Positions 48,251-58,498 of a DNA stretch of 63,022 nucleotides are shown one piece after another. Position numbers and translations under genes: made by a program. Source of the stretch: a virus (Duplodnaviria > Caudoviricetes); the IMG/VR virus record IMGVR_UViG_3300037504_000243, positions 1-63,022 of that record; one strand, given 5' to 3'. Every line of letters begins with the position of its first letter. Within the stretch, counting starts at the first letter, position 1. Below the pieces are notes generated by a model. It searched no databases. It saw only the letters and a list, made by a program, of their open reading frames with translations, and was not told the origin of the DNA.

Positions 48251-48456
48251 TCGACCCTCTCCTTATTTGGTTACGGGGCCGTAGCCTGGACAGTTTGACT
48301 ACGACCCCTGGTTGATAAACGTTGTTACTTGTTACCACGTTACCCGAACAATAAACCGAACAATAACCGGTGTTAATATTAATACTATTTACCTATATAA
48401 TAAAACTACGTCGCAATCATAGGCATCACCTCACCTTCAGTCGGCACCTGTAGGGT

Positions 48457-49239
48457 TTACATTTTAAGGGTCTCTCCGTCGTAGTCCCACGGCCCCTCTT
48501 TCAACCAGTCCTCGCTCAGCAAGAACTTGTTGACCGCTTTCTTGTCACCTTTCTTGAAGTGTTTGATGCTGGCAACGGCCAAGTCTTTCTTGGTAACCTC
48601 ACCGTCGTTATTGCTAATGGTCTCGATGACAAACTCGGTCACGTCGTTTTCGATGTCTGAGTCACTGCCCTTGTCTTTGTCTTTACCCTTGTCCTTGCCT
48701 TTGTCCTTGTCTCTGCCCTTACCCTTGTCCTGACCATCACTTTCTAGCAACGAGTCGACAACCAGAATCGTCTTATCCTGGCTACCTTGGGTAACCAACC
48801 CCGACCGTTTCGGTGCGGGTACCTGGATCATGTGAGCCCGGATACCGTCAAGGTCACTGACATCATCGGTAATCTCGTCTTGGTCATAGCCGGCATTAAT
48901 CAAGCTACTCAATAGCAACGACACGTTGCTGTTCTGATTCAACGCCTTAGCCTTGCCAACCGCCTCCAGAGTCTTACCACCATCGTCGGGGTTAGGAGCC
49001 CAGTCCTTAGCAGCACCAGCACTATAGAACTGCTTGTACTCCTTGCCGTCGTCGTCCTCCATAGTGATCATCAACCCGGGTGCAGGTTGCGGCGATTTGC
49101 CGTCGTAATCGTACATGACAAACCGGCACTCCGTCCAGGTCACATCCACATCATCAAGGACACCCTGAGTAAAGGTGTCAGGCTTTAGTGATACTCCCAT
49201 AAATATCTCTCCTTGTTTGTTTTTGTGCTGCACTATCAC
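48457..49239 (-). CDS. Probable ssDNA-binding protein with DK/GK repeat linker (probable start 49200)
   Basis: Acidic; adjacent to the Sak4-like gene; own promoter; SSB function inferred from synteny only. Confidence 0.5.
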   Translation of the reverse strand: MIVQHKNKQGEIFMGVSLKPDTFTQGVLDDVDVTWTECRFVMYDYDGKSPQPAPGLMITMEDDDGKEYKQFYSAGAAKDWAPNPDDGGKTLEAVGKAKALNQNSNVSLLLSSLINAGYDQDEITDDVSDLDGIRAHMIQVPAPKRSGLVTQGSQDKTILVVDSLLESDGQDKGKGRDKDKGKDKGKDKDKGSDSDIENDVTEFVIETISNNDGEVTKKDLAVASIKHFKKGDKKAVNKFLLSEDWLKEGPWDYDGETLKM

Positions 49240-49284
49240 AGCTGTTGTGTTTCCTAAATTAAACTCTCCACCACCACACTGATA

Positions 49285-49313
49285 ACTCTAACACACCCGT
49301 TAGTGTCTGTCAA
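49285..49313 (-). promoter_or_regulatory. Sigma70-like promoter TTGACA-17-TAGAGT
   Basis: Consensus match in an intergenic gap. Confidence 0.65.
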
Positions 49314-49316
49314 GCA

Positions 49317-50225
49317 CTATTTATAATTACACCACAACACCTCCGTTCGCTTGTCCGTTGCTCTACCACCGCTACTTGCCCGACCAGTACCCACGGTAGT
49401 CCCCACAGACCAACACACCGCGTCACTCTCACTGCTGTACCAGTCGCTCAAAAACTCTTTATACAACTTGCTCGGATACCCACTTAATAACACCTTACCT
49501 TCAACCGCTCGAAGTGTTGTCAACAATCTGATATGCTCCTCCTCTGTCATATCAAACCGATACCTCGTTTTTGTTCTACTACTCGGTAGGTGTGGCGGGT
49601 CCAAGTAAAAGAAAGTGTTGGGCCTGTCACACCGTGATAATATCGTTTCAAAGTTCTGGTTCTCAATCTGCACTCTTGTTACTCGTTGATGGAACCACGG
49701 CAAAGCTTTGATGGTGTTTAGATATTTATGTGTAGTGCTAGACATGCCCCTCTCGTACGAGGTAATGCTAGTGCTTAAACTTGCGCTTGCTCTCCCTCCC
49801 CCTGAGAAACACAACCTACTCACGTACCAAAACCAAAACGCCCTCTCTACATCATCCTCAAAACTCCCAAGCTTCAACCCGTTAACCGCGTTATAGAACT
49901 CTTCTCGACTATACGGAGTCAGTGACGCCAACCTCGCCATACGTTTATATTTCTTAGGGTCCCTAAGCACCCTGAAAAAATTGACCAGGTCGCTGTCAAC
50001 ATCATTGTATATTTCAACCTTGCTAGGTTCCTTGGCGAACAACAACGCCGCAGACCCACCAAACACTTCAACGTATGTTGTATGGCTTGGTATCAACTCC
50101 AATAACCTCTTAACTAAAAACCCCTTGCCCCCGTACCAAGGGAAAGGTTTTTTAATTCGAGGCTTGACCAAACCATCACCATTACCCTTGCCGCCACCAC
50201 CACTACTACCTAGTCTCCTACTCAT
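49317..50225 (-). CDS. Dam-like (D12 class) DNA adenine methyltransferase
   Basis: PWYGGK, YVEVFGGSAA, IYND, YLDPPH, RTEVLW.NY. Confidence 0.9.
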   Translation of the reverse strand: MSRRLGSSGGGGKGNGDGLVKPRIKKPFPWYGGKGFLVKRLLELIPSHTTYVEVFGGSAALLFAKEPSKVEIYNDVDSDLVNFFRVLRDPKKYKRMARLASLTPYSREEFYNAVNGLKLGSFEDDVERAFWFWYVSRLCFSGGGRASASLSTSITSYERGMSSTTHKYLNTIKALPWFHQRVTRVQIENQNFETILSRCDRPNTFFYLDPPHLPSSRTKTRYRFDMTEEEHIRLLTTLRAVEGKVLLSGYPSKLYKEFLSDWYSSESDAVCWSVGTTVGTGRASSGGRATDKRTEVLWCNYK

Positions 50226-50236
50226 ACTACCAACTC

Positions 50237-51751
50237 CTATCCTTGTATCTCCTCAACCACCTTACCCAATTCGAACGGTTTTACAAACTCCACCGCTTGC
50301 TTAAACCATCCTGGTAAAAACTTACTCTTGACAAACCATTGAGCATTCAAATCAGGTATAACATTCACACACCAATCAGCCTCACTTCTAATGCCTCTAC
50401 CACAGGTCTGGACCAGATTTACCGCCGCTACATACTCACTCCATCCTTTGTTCTCCTTGGCCAACCTCTTAGCACTCTCAGTACCAGTATGGGGAAACGG
50501 CACCTTGCACACAATCTGGAACCGACACTCCTCAAAAGGGAAATCATACCCAGTCATAACCACCGGACTCACCAACACCGCGTTGCTCTCGCTTTCTCTC
50601 CACCGCCTAACAACAACATCAACATTACTCCGGTTATGGGTAACCAGTCGATCGTTGTCTATGTTATCCATGATCAAGTCCCGCCGGCTATACGAGATAG
50701 TATGTATCACACCCTTCAATCCTTGTAGTTTATTCAACGTCTGCCTGATCGCGTTCAACCACAACATCAACTCCGACTCACTGGACCGGTAACTCACTCT
50801 TGCCCCTGGTACTATAAACAACCGTCTATTTTTGCGCGGGAAAGTATTAGCCATCTGTATATACGTACTCTCTATCCCCAACATTTCAAGCGCCGCCTCA
50901 CTGACAGTGGCCGACGTAACCACCAACTTAGTCACACTCTCACCAAATACCTCCTCTCGTTTAATCATCTGGTTATACTTGGCCACCTTAGTCGGTACAA
51001 TATCCAACCTCTTACCTACCTTCTCCTTGACCCAGCTATGGTCCACACGTTCTAACTTAGCCAGCTTGAGGTCTAGCTTTTTATGGTCGAGGTTATGTTT
51101 ACTGAGTGTCGCCCGTATCGCCTTTGCTTTCATAGAGACCTCACTAACCCCAACACTCTCCAACTCTCTCGCTACCTCCCCTTCAATCGCTTTGTCATAA
51201 CTTAACGACACCGTCAACGCATTCACCATCTGACCAAACAAATCATGGCCTTCATCACACACCACTACATCCCGGTCCCCCAACTCCACCCCGGTAAACC
51301 AGAAAGCGTAGTTAGTCACAACAATCTGGGCAGCTTGCGCCTCACGCAACTTGTCAAAGTACTCACACCCTCCATCGACAAACTCACACTTTTTACCTAC
51401 GATACAAGGACCGTCACTACAACTCTTCCCTTTGACCAACCTACACATATAGTTACTCCGCCCTTTAATAACCACCACCTGGTCACCAAAGTCCTTCAAT
51501 ATCTGGTCTTGTAGCAGTTTGGTAGTAGTCAACACGACACCCCGCTTATCAGCCAACACTAGATACCCTATATACAACAACGACTTACCGAACCCAGTCG
51601 GGCAATTCAACGTCAAGTTACTCCACTTATTCTCCAGCATCCAGTTCAACAACCGCGCTTGTTCACATCTCCACTTTTTAAAGTTCAACCCGACAAACTC
51701 AGGATCAGGTAACGACACCGGTCTATCTGGTACTACACAAACTGCACACAT
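50237..51751 (-). CDS. DinG/Rad3-like SF2 helicase
   Basis: PTGFGKS, KGRSNY.C, Cys cluster, CDEGH, SAT, KVPFP, Q..GRGIRS..D. Confidence 0.88.
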   Translation of the reverse strand: MCAVCVVPDRPVSLPDPEFVGLNFKKWRCEQARLLNWMLENKWSNLTLNCPTGFGKSLLYIGYLVLADKRGVVLTTTKLLQDQILKDFGDQVVVIKGRSNYMCRLVKGKSCSDGPCIVGKKCEFVDGGCEYFDKLREAQAAQIVVTNYAFWFTGVELGDRDVVVCDEGHDLFGQMVNALTVSLSYDKAIEGEVARELESVGVSEVSMKAKAIRATLSKHNLDHKKLDLKLAKLERVDHSWVKEKVGKRLDIVPTKVAKYNQMIKREEVFGESVTKLVVTSATVSEAALEMLGIESTYIQMANTFPRKNRRLFIVPGARVSYRSSESELMLWLNAIRQTLNKLQGLKGVIHTISYSRRDLIMDNIDNDRLVTHNRSNVDVVVRRWRESESNAVLVSPVVMTGYDFPFEECRFQIVCKVPFPHTGTESAKRLAKENKGWSEYVAAVNLVQTCGRGIRSEADWCVNVIPDLNAQWFVKSKFLPGWFKQAVEFVKPFELGKVVEEIQG

Positions 51752-51792
51752 AATTACTACTACCTCTCTACTACCTATTGATCACATGTTGA

Positions 51793-54465
51793 TTATTGAT
51801 AGTCAACCAACTCACCCCAACTAGGCCCCACTTTGGCGTCGACCAACAACGGCACCGACAACCTCACAGCCGACTCCATGACACTGGTCTGTAACAACAC
51901 CCAGTCATCCAACATCTCCTCTCTCACCTCGAAAACCAGATCGTCATGTATCTGAATCAACGGCCTGGCCCACTCACCCCAAACATCTCTTAACCCCCAT
52001 AGCTGCCCCATCGCCTCCTTAATAATCCCCGCCGCTCCCATCTGTATCTGAGCATTCCCGGCTTGCCTTTCCGCCGCCTCTCGGACATTATCAATACAAC
52101 TCCTAACTCCTGGTAAAAACCTGCACCGACCAAACATATCCTTGACATACCCGTACCTCCTCGCTTGCCTCACCCCCTCTTTCATATACCTGGCCACCCC
52201 ATAGTAAACTTTAAACCACCGGTCAATTAAATCCTGACACCTGTCCACCGGCCAGTCTTTCTCACTAGCACCCCCTTCAACCATCGTATCTCTCAACCCA
52301 ACCCCGCTAATACCATACAGTATCCCGAACCCAACCCGTTTAGCCGGGTACCTATGTTCCTTGTCGTCTACCTGGTCTAGTGGTATCTCAAACATCCTGG
52401 CCGCTGTCTCCTTGTGTATGTCCAGGTTATCCAAAAAAACTTTTAACATCACCTCGTCTTGACTACAATGTGCCGCCACCCTCATCTCCACTTGACTGTA
52501 ATCAGCTGACACCATTACCCAACCATCCGTTGCCACAAACCCTTTACGGATCAACTTACTGTGACTGGTCCTGGTTGGTATCGCCATTAGGTTGGGACTA
52601 CTACAACTCAACCTCCCAGTGTCGACCTTGGTCACTCTCCAAGTACTCCGCACCCGACCATCACTGTCCGCTTTGTCTGCCAGTTTCAAACAGAAATCGC
52701 TATTCAGTTTGTTCAAGTGTCTCCACTTGGTAATCATACCCACCACCGGATTACTACCCTCTAACCGACTCAACACTTTTGAACTAGTACTGCTCTCACC
52801 GCCCTTTGTCTTCTTATACACTGGCAACCTCAACCTCTTATACAACAACTCCCCCACTTGCTGCGTTGACTGAGGGTTAACCACACCCATGCCCAACCCC
52901 TCGGTCACCTTATCTATATCCTTCTTGACACTCTCAATCTCTTTGACCAACTCTCTACTACTCTCCTCCATCCTAGTCCTACTAACTCTCACCCCGTCTC
53001 TCATCATCTGGGCAACCATACCCATGATCCCCATATCTCGCTTAAACGTTCCCACCATACCCACATCATCAACTTTCCCCCTTAGTATGGGATATAACCG
53101 TATTGTCATATCAGCATCCTGAGCCGCGTAATGCACCGCCTCACCCCTATCGACATCACACAACTCTCCCTCGGCCATCTCACCTAGCACCTCCTCAACC
53201 ACCTCTACCCCAGTCATCGCCCTCCACTTACCTCTAACATCCACTTCCTCGCCCTCATCGACCCACTTCTGCCACTGATTACTCAATAACCTAGCCACTT
53301 TTTTCTTGATGTTCTGAGGTTGACTCACCTTACCGCTCGGACCAACCACTGGTTCAGGGTCCTTCCACTCCCTCTCCACAACACTTGCTAGGTAACTCAT
53401 TGCTAACGTGTGACTAGCCCCACCAACTACATCGCTGTAGTCTCTCATCAATACCTTCAAGTGCCGGTATGCTAGGTCTTTCAACCCCTGTGGTTCAGAC
53501 TGTAGTAGATACGCTATAACCATAGTATCCTCCGGGTTAGCCACCTGCACCCCCATGATATCCAGGACATTCAAATCGTACAACACATTGTGAATAACAG
53601 TGACAACACTTTCCCTACTAGTAACTTCCCCGACAGCCTTAACCGCCTCGACATCCTCAGCCATAACCACAGTGGCAGTACCAGGATTAACACTGTAACT
53701 CAGACACCATGGCCCGCCTCTAGCCCACTCGGTATCCACCGCCACCACCTTACATCCACTTAACTCGTCTCTCACTTCCTCCGCTGTCCTGACCACCCGG
53801 TAATCACCTTTCACTCTAACTGGATTGACAACTTCAACCTCACCCTTGACCAACCCTTTCAATACTTGATAGTCGTCTTGTATCTTGTGCATGTTCGCGT
53901 TATTATGTAACCCCGCCGCCGGATGTATCGTAGGCAAAACCCATACCTTGCCAACCTCCCCGCTCCCACACAAACTACAACCATCTCCCGCGTTATTCAA
54001 CCACCTACACACCGGGCAGTCAACCTCCCTTACCACTCCATGCTCTCGACCTAGATCAACCTTACCCCCACATAACCACTCACTAGCCGGTTTACCCACA
54101 CCAACCAGACACAACGGCGGGGTACTGAACTCAGTTAACTCCAGCACCAACCTCATCACACACTGTTGTATTTCACTTTGCTTAGGGTCTCGGTTACCTG
54201 GAGGTTGACATTTGACCAGGTTAGTGACATAGCAATCTTCCCGTTGAAGCCTGGCTATCTGCAGGTACCGGTCCAGCTCCATCCCCGCCGCACCTACAAA
54301 CGGACGGCCTAACATATCCTCAGTCTTACCCGGCGCTTCACCCACCAACACCACTACAGGGTTATCGCTTCCTTCACCTTTAACCACGCTACCACTAAGT
54401 CCACAACCCTTACTATTACCGCAAACTCTCACGCTTACCTCCATGACAATACACTGACAGCACAC
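51793..54465 (-). CDS. polA: Family A DNA polymerase with N-terminal family-4 uracil-DNA glycosylase domain (SPO1-like) and 3'-5' exonuclease
   Basis: GEAPG, GRPFVG, HPAA; VDTE, HN..YD, YAAQD; TGRLS, ADYSQVEMR, AKRVGFGILYG, QIHDDL. Confidence 0.93.
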   Translation of the reverse strand: MCCQCIVMEVSVRVCGNSKGCGLSGSVVKGEGSDNPVVVLVGEAPGKTEDMLGRPFVGAAGMELDRYLQIARLQREDCYVTNLVKCQPPGNRDPKQSEIQQCVMRLVLELTEFSTPPLCLVGVGKPASEWLCGGKVDLGREHGVVREVDCPVCRWLNNAGDGCSLCGSGEVGKVWVLPTIHPAAGLHNNANMHKIQDDYQVLKGLVKGEVEVVNPVRVKGDYRVVRTAEEVRDELSGCKVVAVDTEWARGGPWCLSYSVNPGTATVVMAEDVEAVKAVGEVTSRESVVTVIHNVLYDLNVLDIMGVQVANPEDTMVIAYLLQSEPQGLKDLAYRHLKVLMRDYSDVVGGASHTLAMSYLASVVEREWKDPEPVVGPSGKVSQPQNIKKKVARLLSNQWQKWVDEGEEVDVRGKWRAMTGVEVVEEVLGEMAEGELCDVDRGEAVHYAAQDADMTIRLYPILRGKVDDVGMVGTFKRDMGIMGMVAQMMRDGVRVSRTRMEESSRELVKEIESVKKDIDKVTEGLGMGVVNPQSTQQVGELLYKRLRLPVYKKTKGGESSTSSKVLSRLEGSNPVVGMITKWRHLNKLNSDFCLKLADKADSDGRVRSTWRVTKVDTGRLSCSSPNLMAIPTRTSHSKLIRKGFVATDGWVMVSADYSQVEMRVAAHCSQDEVMLKVFLDNLDIHKETAARMFEIPLDQVDDKEHRYPAKRVGFGILYGISGVGLRDTMVEGGASEKDWPVDRCQDLIDRWFKVYYGVARYMKEGVRQARRYGYVKDMFGRCRFLPGVRSCIDNVREAAERQAGNAQIQMGAAGIIKEAMGQLWGLRDVWGEWARPLIQIHDDLVFEVREEMLDDWVLLQTSVMESAVRLSVPLLVDAKVGPSWGELVDYQ

Positions 54466-54542
54466 TATACAGTATACTGCATAACTATTACCAGCACCTC
54501 ACATAAACAACCACCACTCCAACTACATCATTACCAGTACTA

Positions 54543-55103
54543 CTACCCCTCCTCCTTCAACAAATACCCATACCTCGAATACACTGCTTGCCGACACGAC
54601 TCCCGCCAGTACCCCTCCGGCATATTATTGATCTGGTTCAACACTGTCACCACCAACCGCTTAGCCTCCTGACTAGCACCTCTAGACAGAAACATTGACA
54701 CGGTATCACTCATCCGGTTAACCACGTCCTCAGTCTCTCTCTTACTCTGTTCTTCTCTAAGTATCTCATTAATAACATCCACCTCAGCCATCACGCTCTT
54801 AATCCTCACCCCCTCTTGTGAGTCCAGCCATTTCAAATGCCGTATCAACGCATGTCTAATCAAGTCCCCGCGTGTTCTATACGGGAAAACCTTGCTAGAC
54901 ATCACTCTCTCGATCTGACCTAGTACTTGCGGCTGACACCTTACCCACAACCTCTCACTGTGTCCCTTCGCGTCACTAGCCGGGACGTTAAAACCATCTC
55001 CATTTACCTCATTCTCATCACTCATTGACATACCCCGTACTGATATGAGTGTTAACGTTTCACGCTCCAAACAATTACAACAACTAGTCACTAATGACAG
55101 CAC
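54543..55103 (-). CDS. Hypothetical protein, possibly RHH-type DNA binding (probable start about 55031)
   Basis: YRTRGDLIRHAL pattern. Confidence 0.55.
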   Translation of the reverse strand: MLSLVTSCCNCLERETLTLISVRGMSMSDENEVNGDGFNVPASDAKGHSERLWVRCQPQVLGQIERVMSSKVFPYRTRGDLIRHALIRHLKWLDSQEGVRIKSVMAEVDVINEILREEQSKRETEDVVNRMSDTVSMFLSRGASQEAKRLVVTVLNQINNMPEGYWRESCRQAVYSRYGYLLKEEG

Positions 55104-55115
55104 TAGTGATAGTAA

Positions 55116-55313
55116 CTAGTTCAACTTGATAAACTTTTTCACGAACTCATCCAGGCTCATACCCAGAGACTTTGCCAACCGTACAGCTATAGGTAGACTA
55201 GGAACTCTCTTCCCTCCTAATATCCTCCCCACATACGTACGGTTAATCTTCGTATCTCTAGCCACCTGTGAAATATTAATCTCGCTCAGTTTCGTTTTGA
55301 CCATCCTCATCAC
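55116..55313 (-). CDS. Cro/XRE-type HTH protein
   Basis: ISQVARDTKINRTYVGRILGGKRVPSL. Confidence 0.85.
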   Translation of the reverse strand: MMRMVKTKLSEINISQVARDTKINRTYVGRILGGKRVPSLPIAVRLAKSLGMSLDEFVKKFIKLN

Positions 55314-55620
55314 CTACCTCTCTCATTACCGGAGGGGGGCCACCTTTACCGCCACCTGTTCTACAAGGAGGTCGGTCCTTCGCAGTCCCATTTGCCTTGG
55401 CCACTGCATCTAAAGCCTTAATGCGTTCCTCCTGCCTCTCCAGCTTTTTCAACAACAAGTCCAACAACACCACACTATTGGGGACAAAGGTCAGGTCCTG
55501 GTTCACGTCGTCCGTTGTCTCAGCCTGGTAGTCCCTCCAGAACTTCACCATCCTATCCCTGAGATTCTCGATGTCAACCGACTCCTCGTGTGGGTTACGA
55601 CGCCCATCATCTTCACTCAT
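55276..55620 (-). CDS. Hypothetical protein
   Basis: AAGGAG SD; first gene after the promoter. Confidence 0.6.
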   Translation of the reverse strand: MSEDDGRRNPHEESVDIENLRDRMVKFWRDYQAETTDDVNQDLTFVPNSVVLLDLLLKKLERQEERIKALDAVAKANGTAKDRPPCRTGGGKGGPPPVMREVGDEDGQNETERD

Positions 55621-55653
55621 AATACCGCTCCTTTATTTTTTATTTCTCCAATT

Positions 55654-55682
55654 ATTCTACTACTACTGAACGTGCCTGTCAA
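55654..55682 (-). promoter_or_regulatory. Sigma70 promoter TTGACA-17-TAGAAT for the replication operon
   Basis: Near-perfect consensus. Confidence 0.75.
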
Positions 55683-55782
55683 GTCATAAAATATTCTGAC
55701 TTCAAACAACACCACATCACAACACCCACTCTCACTTATACCCCCAACACCACCACACCACCACCGACCATACCACTACCGA

Positions 55783-55798
55783 CCACAACATATTGTGG
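55783..55798. promoter_or_regulatory. NrdR-box-like palindrome CCACAACATATTGTGG
   Basis: Matches the acaCwAtATaTwGtgt consensus; upstream of the nrdJ-containing operon. Confidence 0.5.
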
Positions 55799-55917
55799 TC
55801 ACCTCGATATTTAACTCTCAATCTGTAACTCTGGTACTGTATTTTACACAATAACAGTAAACCGGAGTAACTGACAGACACATAGTTTTACTCTCTATTC
55901 GTAACCCCGATTGAATT

Positions 55918-56189
55918 ATATCAACCACTTATCTCAATTTTGTCACTTGTCACACTGTCACTTGTCACTTGTCACAGCCTCAACGCCCGCAAACATGCAT
56001 GGTTGACACCTTGTCACCTTGTCACTTGTCACACCTCAAGCTGTGACAAGTGACAAAAATCGAAACTTTGTTTCGAATCCCCACATATCAACCACTTATC
56101 TCAATTTTGTCACTTGTCACACTGTCACTTGTCACACTGTCACTTGTCACAGCAAGTGCTGTGCTACATGTACTCTTATATATATATAA
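55918..56189. repeat. Iteron array, probable replication origin
   Basis: 14 TGTCAC plus 2 inverted copies; 51-bp direct repeat (55918-55968 = 56085-56135); AT-only tract 56176-56189. Confidence 0.7.
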
Positions 56190-56434
56190 TGGTACTACTT
56201 TGACTCGACTAAATAGACACACTAATTGAAGCACAACATATAGCCAATGTCTGTACCTCCATCACTATCCCCATCTCAATCATAAACACCTCAACATCTT
56301 ACCCCTGAAATCCAGTACCGCCCACCACAATCGCCTCTATAAACAATCAGGCGGTCAACCTATACAATCATATAGGTCAACCGCCTAATGTCTCTCTCAG
56401 GCGACCACAGCGCCTCGGTTAGTTTATATTACTG

Positions 56435-57379
56435 TTACATCTTGACCGGCATCACTACCAGCTCGATCTCAGCAAAAGACCCATGCTCACCTACTGGGGT
56501 TTCCTCTAGGTTAGCGATAACCATAGGCCCGCCTTTGTCGTCGAACCACAACCCGACCTCGCTTTCTGTCTGGTCCATCGCTTTCAACCCCGGTAACAGA
56601 TATTTTTGCTGCACCCCAAACGGACCACTAGGTAGCCAACTACCCAACTCCGACAGTTGAACTGTCTCATAATACTTGACCGCTTGTTTGGGGTCGTCCG
56701 GTCTGGACTCTTGTATCTTGACTGCCACCGCTAACGGTTTCTCACTTCCCCTATCCACCACTGCGTACTTGTCACTGAAATCAAACACGGTCAGGTAACC
56801 GGCCGGGTGTTTCGGTTTGATCTCTTTCACTCGATCGACCACATTCAACAACGACGACAACAGGCATACATTGGGTCTTTTACCTTCACGCGGCGGTATT
56901 ACAAGGTCTAGGTCTGGGAACCTACCCGACTCTCTACCGGCATCAACATACACCTGACACCCGTCCCCGTACATAACCTCAATCACACCAACTCCCCCGG
57001 CATAACCTGGTTCGTATATCGTTACAATCCGTGAGTCATTCTTTTTACCCTTACCCGGCGCCTTCAACAACCTGAACACCTTGTCCACCTGTGTCGGTGT
57101 CACTACCACTGAACACTTGGAACCCTTAGTGTTATCATAATCGCGGGGTAAGTACTCACCTAACTTCAACCTCACACGACTTGCCGCGTGGCCATTAGTC
57201 GCCTCAAACCTCACCATGTTACCCTCTCTAGTAACCTGGATAACGTTTAGGTTGTACCTCGTTTCCTCTTTTGCAGTATAGTCAACCACCGGGGTTATCG
57301 CTCCTACAAACTCATCCCCCGACAGGGTAACTACACTGTCACCAAACAGTTCCGGCTTATTATCCATAGTCATATTCAT
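56435..57379 (-). CDS. Sliding clamp (DNA Pol III beta-like)
   Basis: ETRYNLN, ATNGH, GRFPD...VIP, terminal VMPVK. Confidence 0.8.
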   Translation of the reverse strand: MNMTMDNKPELFGDSVVTLSGDEFVGAITPVVDYTAKEETRYNLNVIQVTREGNMVRFEATNGHAASRVRLKLGEYLPRDYDNTKGSKCSVVVTPTQVDKVFRLLKAPGKGKKNDSRIVTIYEPGYAGGVGVIEVMYGDGCQVYVDAGRESGRFPDLDLVIPPREGKRPNVCLLSSLLNVVDRVKEIKPKHPAGYLTVFDFSDKYAVVDRGSEKPLAVAVKIQESRPDDPKQAVKYYETVQLSELGSWLPSGPFGVQQKYLLPGLKAMDQTESEVGLWFDDKGGPMVIANLEETPVGEHGSFAEIELVVMPVKM

Positions 57380-57413
57380 TACCTCCTATTGTTTAATTGT
57401 ATCTATACCGTAT

Positions 57414-57743
57414 CTACACTGTATACCTTGACAACAACTCTCCAGTTAGGGTAAAGTGGTCTAGTACTGCTTGCGGCAACTTCTCCACCACGTCATCCCA
57501 TAACCACTTCATCCTAGTCCTTACGCTTTCAGGTAGGCACACAACCAGTAAGTCATCGCTGTCATCCCATACATGTTCAAACTCCGGGTCGTCTCCCGGC
57601 CAGCACTCTCTGGGGTCACCACTTACCCTACCTCTAGTCCCTGGCTCTACAGTATACTCCACGGTAACCACCCTGTGATACATAATCTCTGTGTCCTCAT
57701 CTTGTTCTATGAACACAACATCCAAGCTACCATACAACACCAT
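57414..57743 (-). CDS. Hypothetical protein
   Basis: Coupled ORF in the early region. Confidence 0.55.
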   Translation of the reverse strand: MVLYGSLDVVFIEQDEDTEIMYHRVVTVEYTVEPGTRGRVSGDPRECWPGDDPEFEHVWDDSDDLLVVCLPESVRTRMKWLWDDVVEKLPQAVLDHFTLTGELLSRYTV

Positions 57744-57991
57744 TACACCCCTTCACTCTCAGGTACCATAATCTCTATCCAGTGGGTGATAGTATTAGCC
57801 ACGTCATCAAACGGCCTCACACTCCCACACACCTCACAGTCATGGCTAAAGTTCCATTGTTCGTTAACATCATCCCAGTATATCAACGCAAGGAACGAGT
57901 AATACCCAGTAGTATATCCCACTAGGTACTCGTCTCCGTCTTTGGGTGGTTCGCCTTCAATCCATATCAAAGGGATTGTATTGTCAGTCAT
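57743..57991 (-). CDS. DUF551-like protein, paralog 1
   Basis: WIEGEPPKDGDEYLV...ITHW. Confidence 0.7.
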   Translation of the reverse strand: MTDNTIPLIWIEGEPPKDGDEYLVGYTTGYYSFLALIYWDDVNEQWNFSHDCEVCGSVRPFDDVANTITHWIEIMVPESEGV

Positions 57992-58064
57992 ACTACTGCC
58001 TCCTTACTGACTCTGTTTAGTGTGCTTGTTCCAATCCTCGTAAACCCACCGGGTCCAATTGGCG

Positions 58065-58202
58065 TCAACCAGGTCCGCAAGCCTCGATTAATTCACGATC
58101 CGGGTTTGGGCCCATGATAATCTTGCCGATGTTGCCCGCGTAATCGATGGTCCCGCTATAGAAGTCTGTGCCGTTCGGTCTCGTTAGTTTGTATAAAACC
58201 AT
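58065..58202 (-). pseudogene. Short, probably truncated phage gene (YKLTRPNGTDFYSGTIDY)
   Basis: GGAGG SD; stops after about 45 codons. Confidence 0.35.
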
Positions 58203-58444
58203 TAGTCGTCCTCCGGCATGGGCACGGGGCTCCAGTGAGTTATATTCCATTGAGAATCAAGTTGAGTAGTTTCAAGCAGTTTTCCCTCGGAATGCATCCA
58301 ATATTTGAAAGAATCAGACCAATAAACCACAGATAGAAATGATCCCGATACATTATAAAGAGGGTTTGTTACACCCACAACCTTATAAGAAATCAAATAT
58401 TCCCTACCATCTTTGGGCGGCTCTCCCTTGCGCCATGTAAACAT
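58202..58444 (-). CDS. DUF551-like protein, paralog 2
   Basis: WRKGEPPKDGREYLI...ITHWSP.P.P. Confidence 0.7.
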   Translation of the reverse strand: MFTWRKGEPPKDGREYLISYKVVGVTNPLYNVSGSFLSVVYWSDSFKYWMHSEGKLLETTQLDSQWNITHWSPVPMPEDD

Positions 58445-58498
58445 TTTTCGTTCTCTTTGTTAAAGTGTTATGTGAAGGGGCCTTGCGGCCCCATAAAG

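Noticed and set aside
48660-48735. DK/GK hexamer-like repeat as a regulatory element
   Set aside because: Explained as a charged in-frame linker
55918-56150. CRISPR mini-array
   Set aside because: Units are 6-8 bp or one 51-bp duplication, with no regular unique spacers; the Cas4-like gene is a common stand-alone phage nuclease
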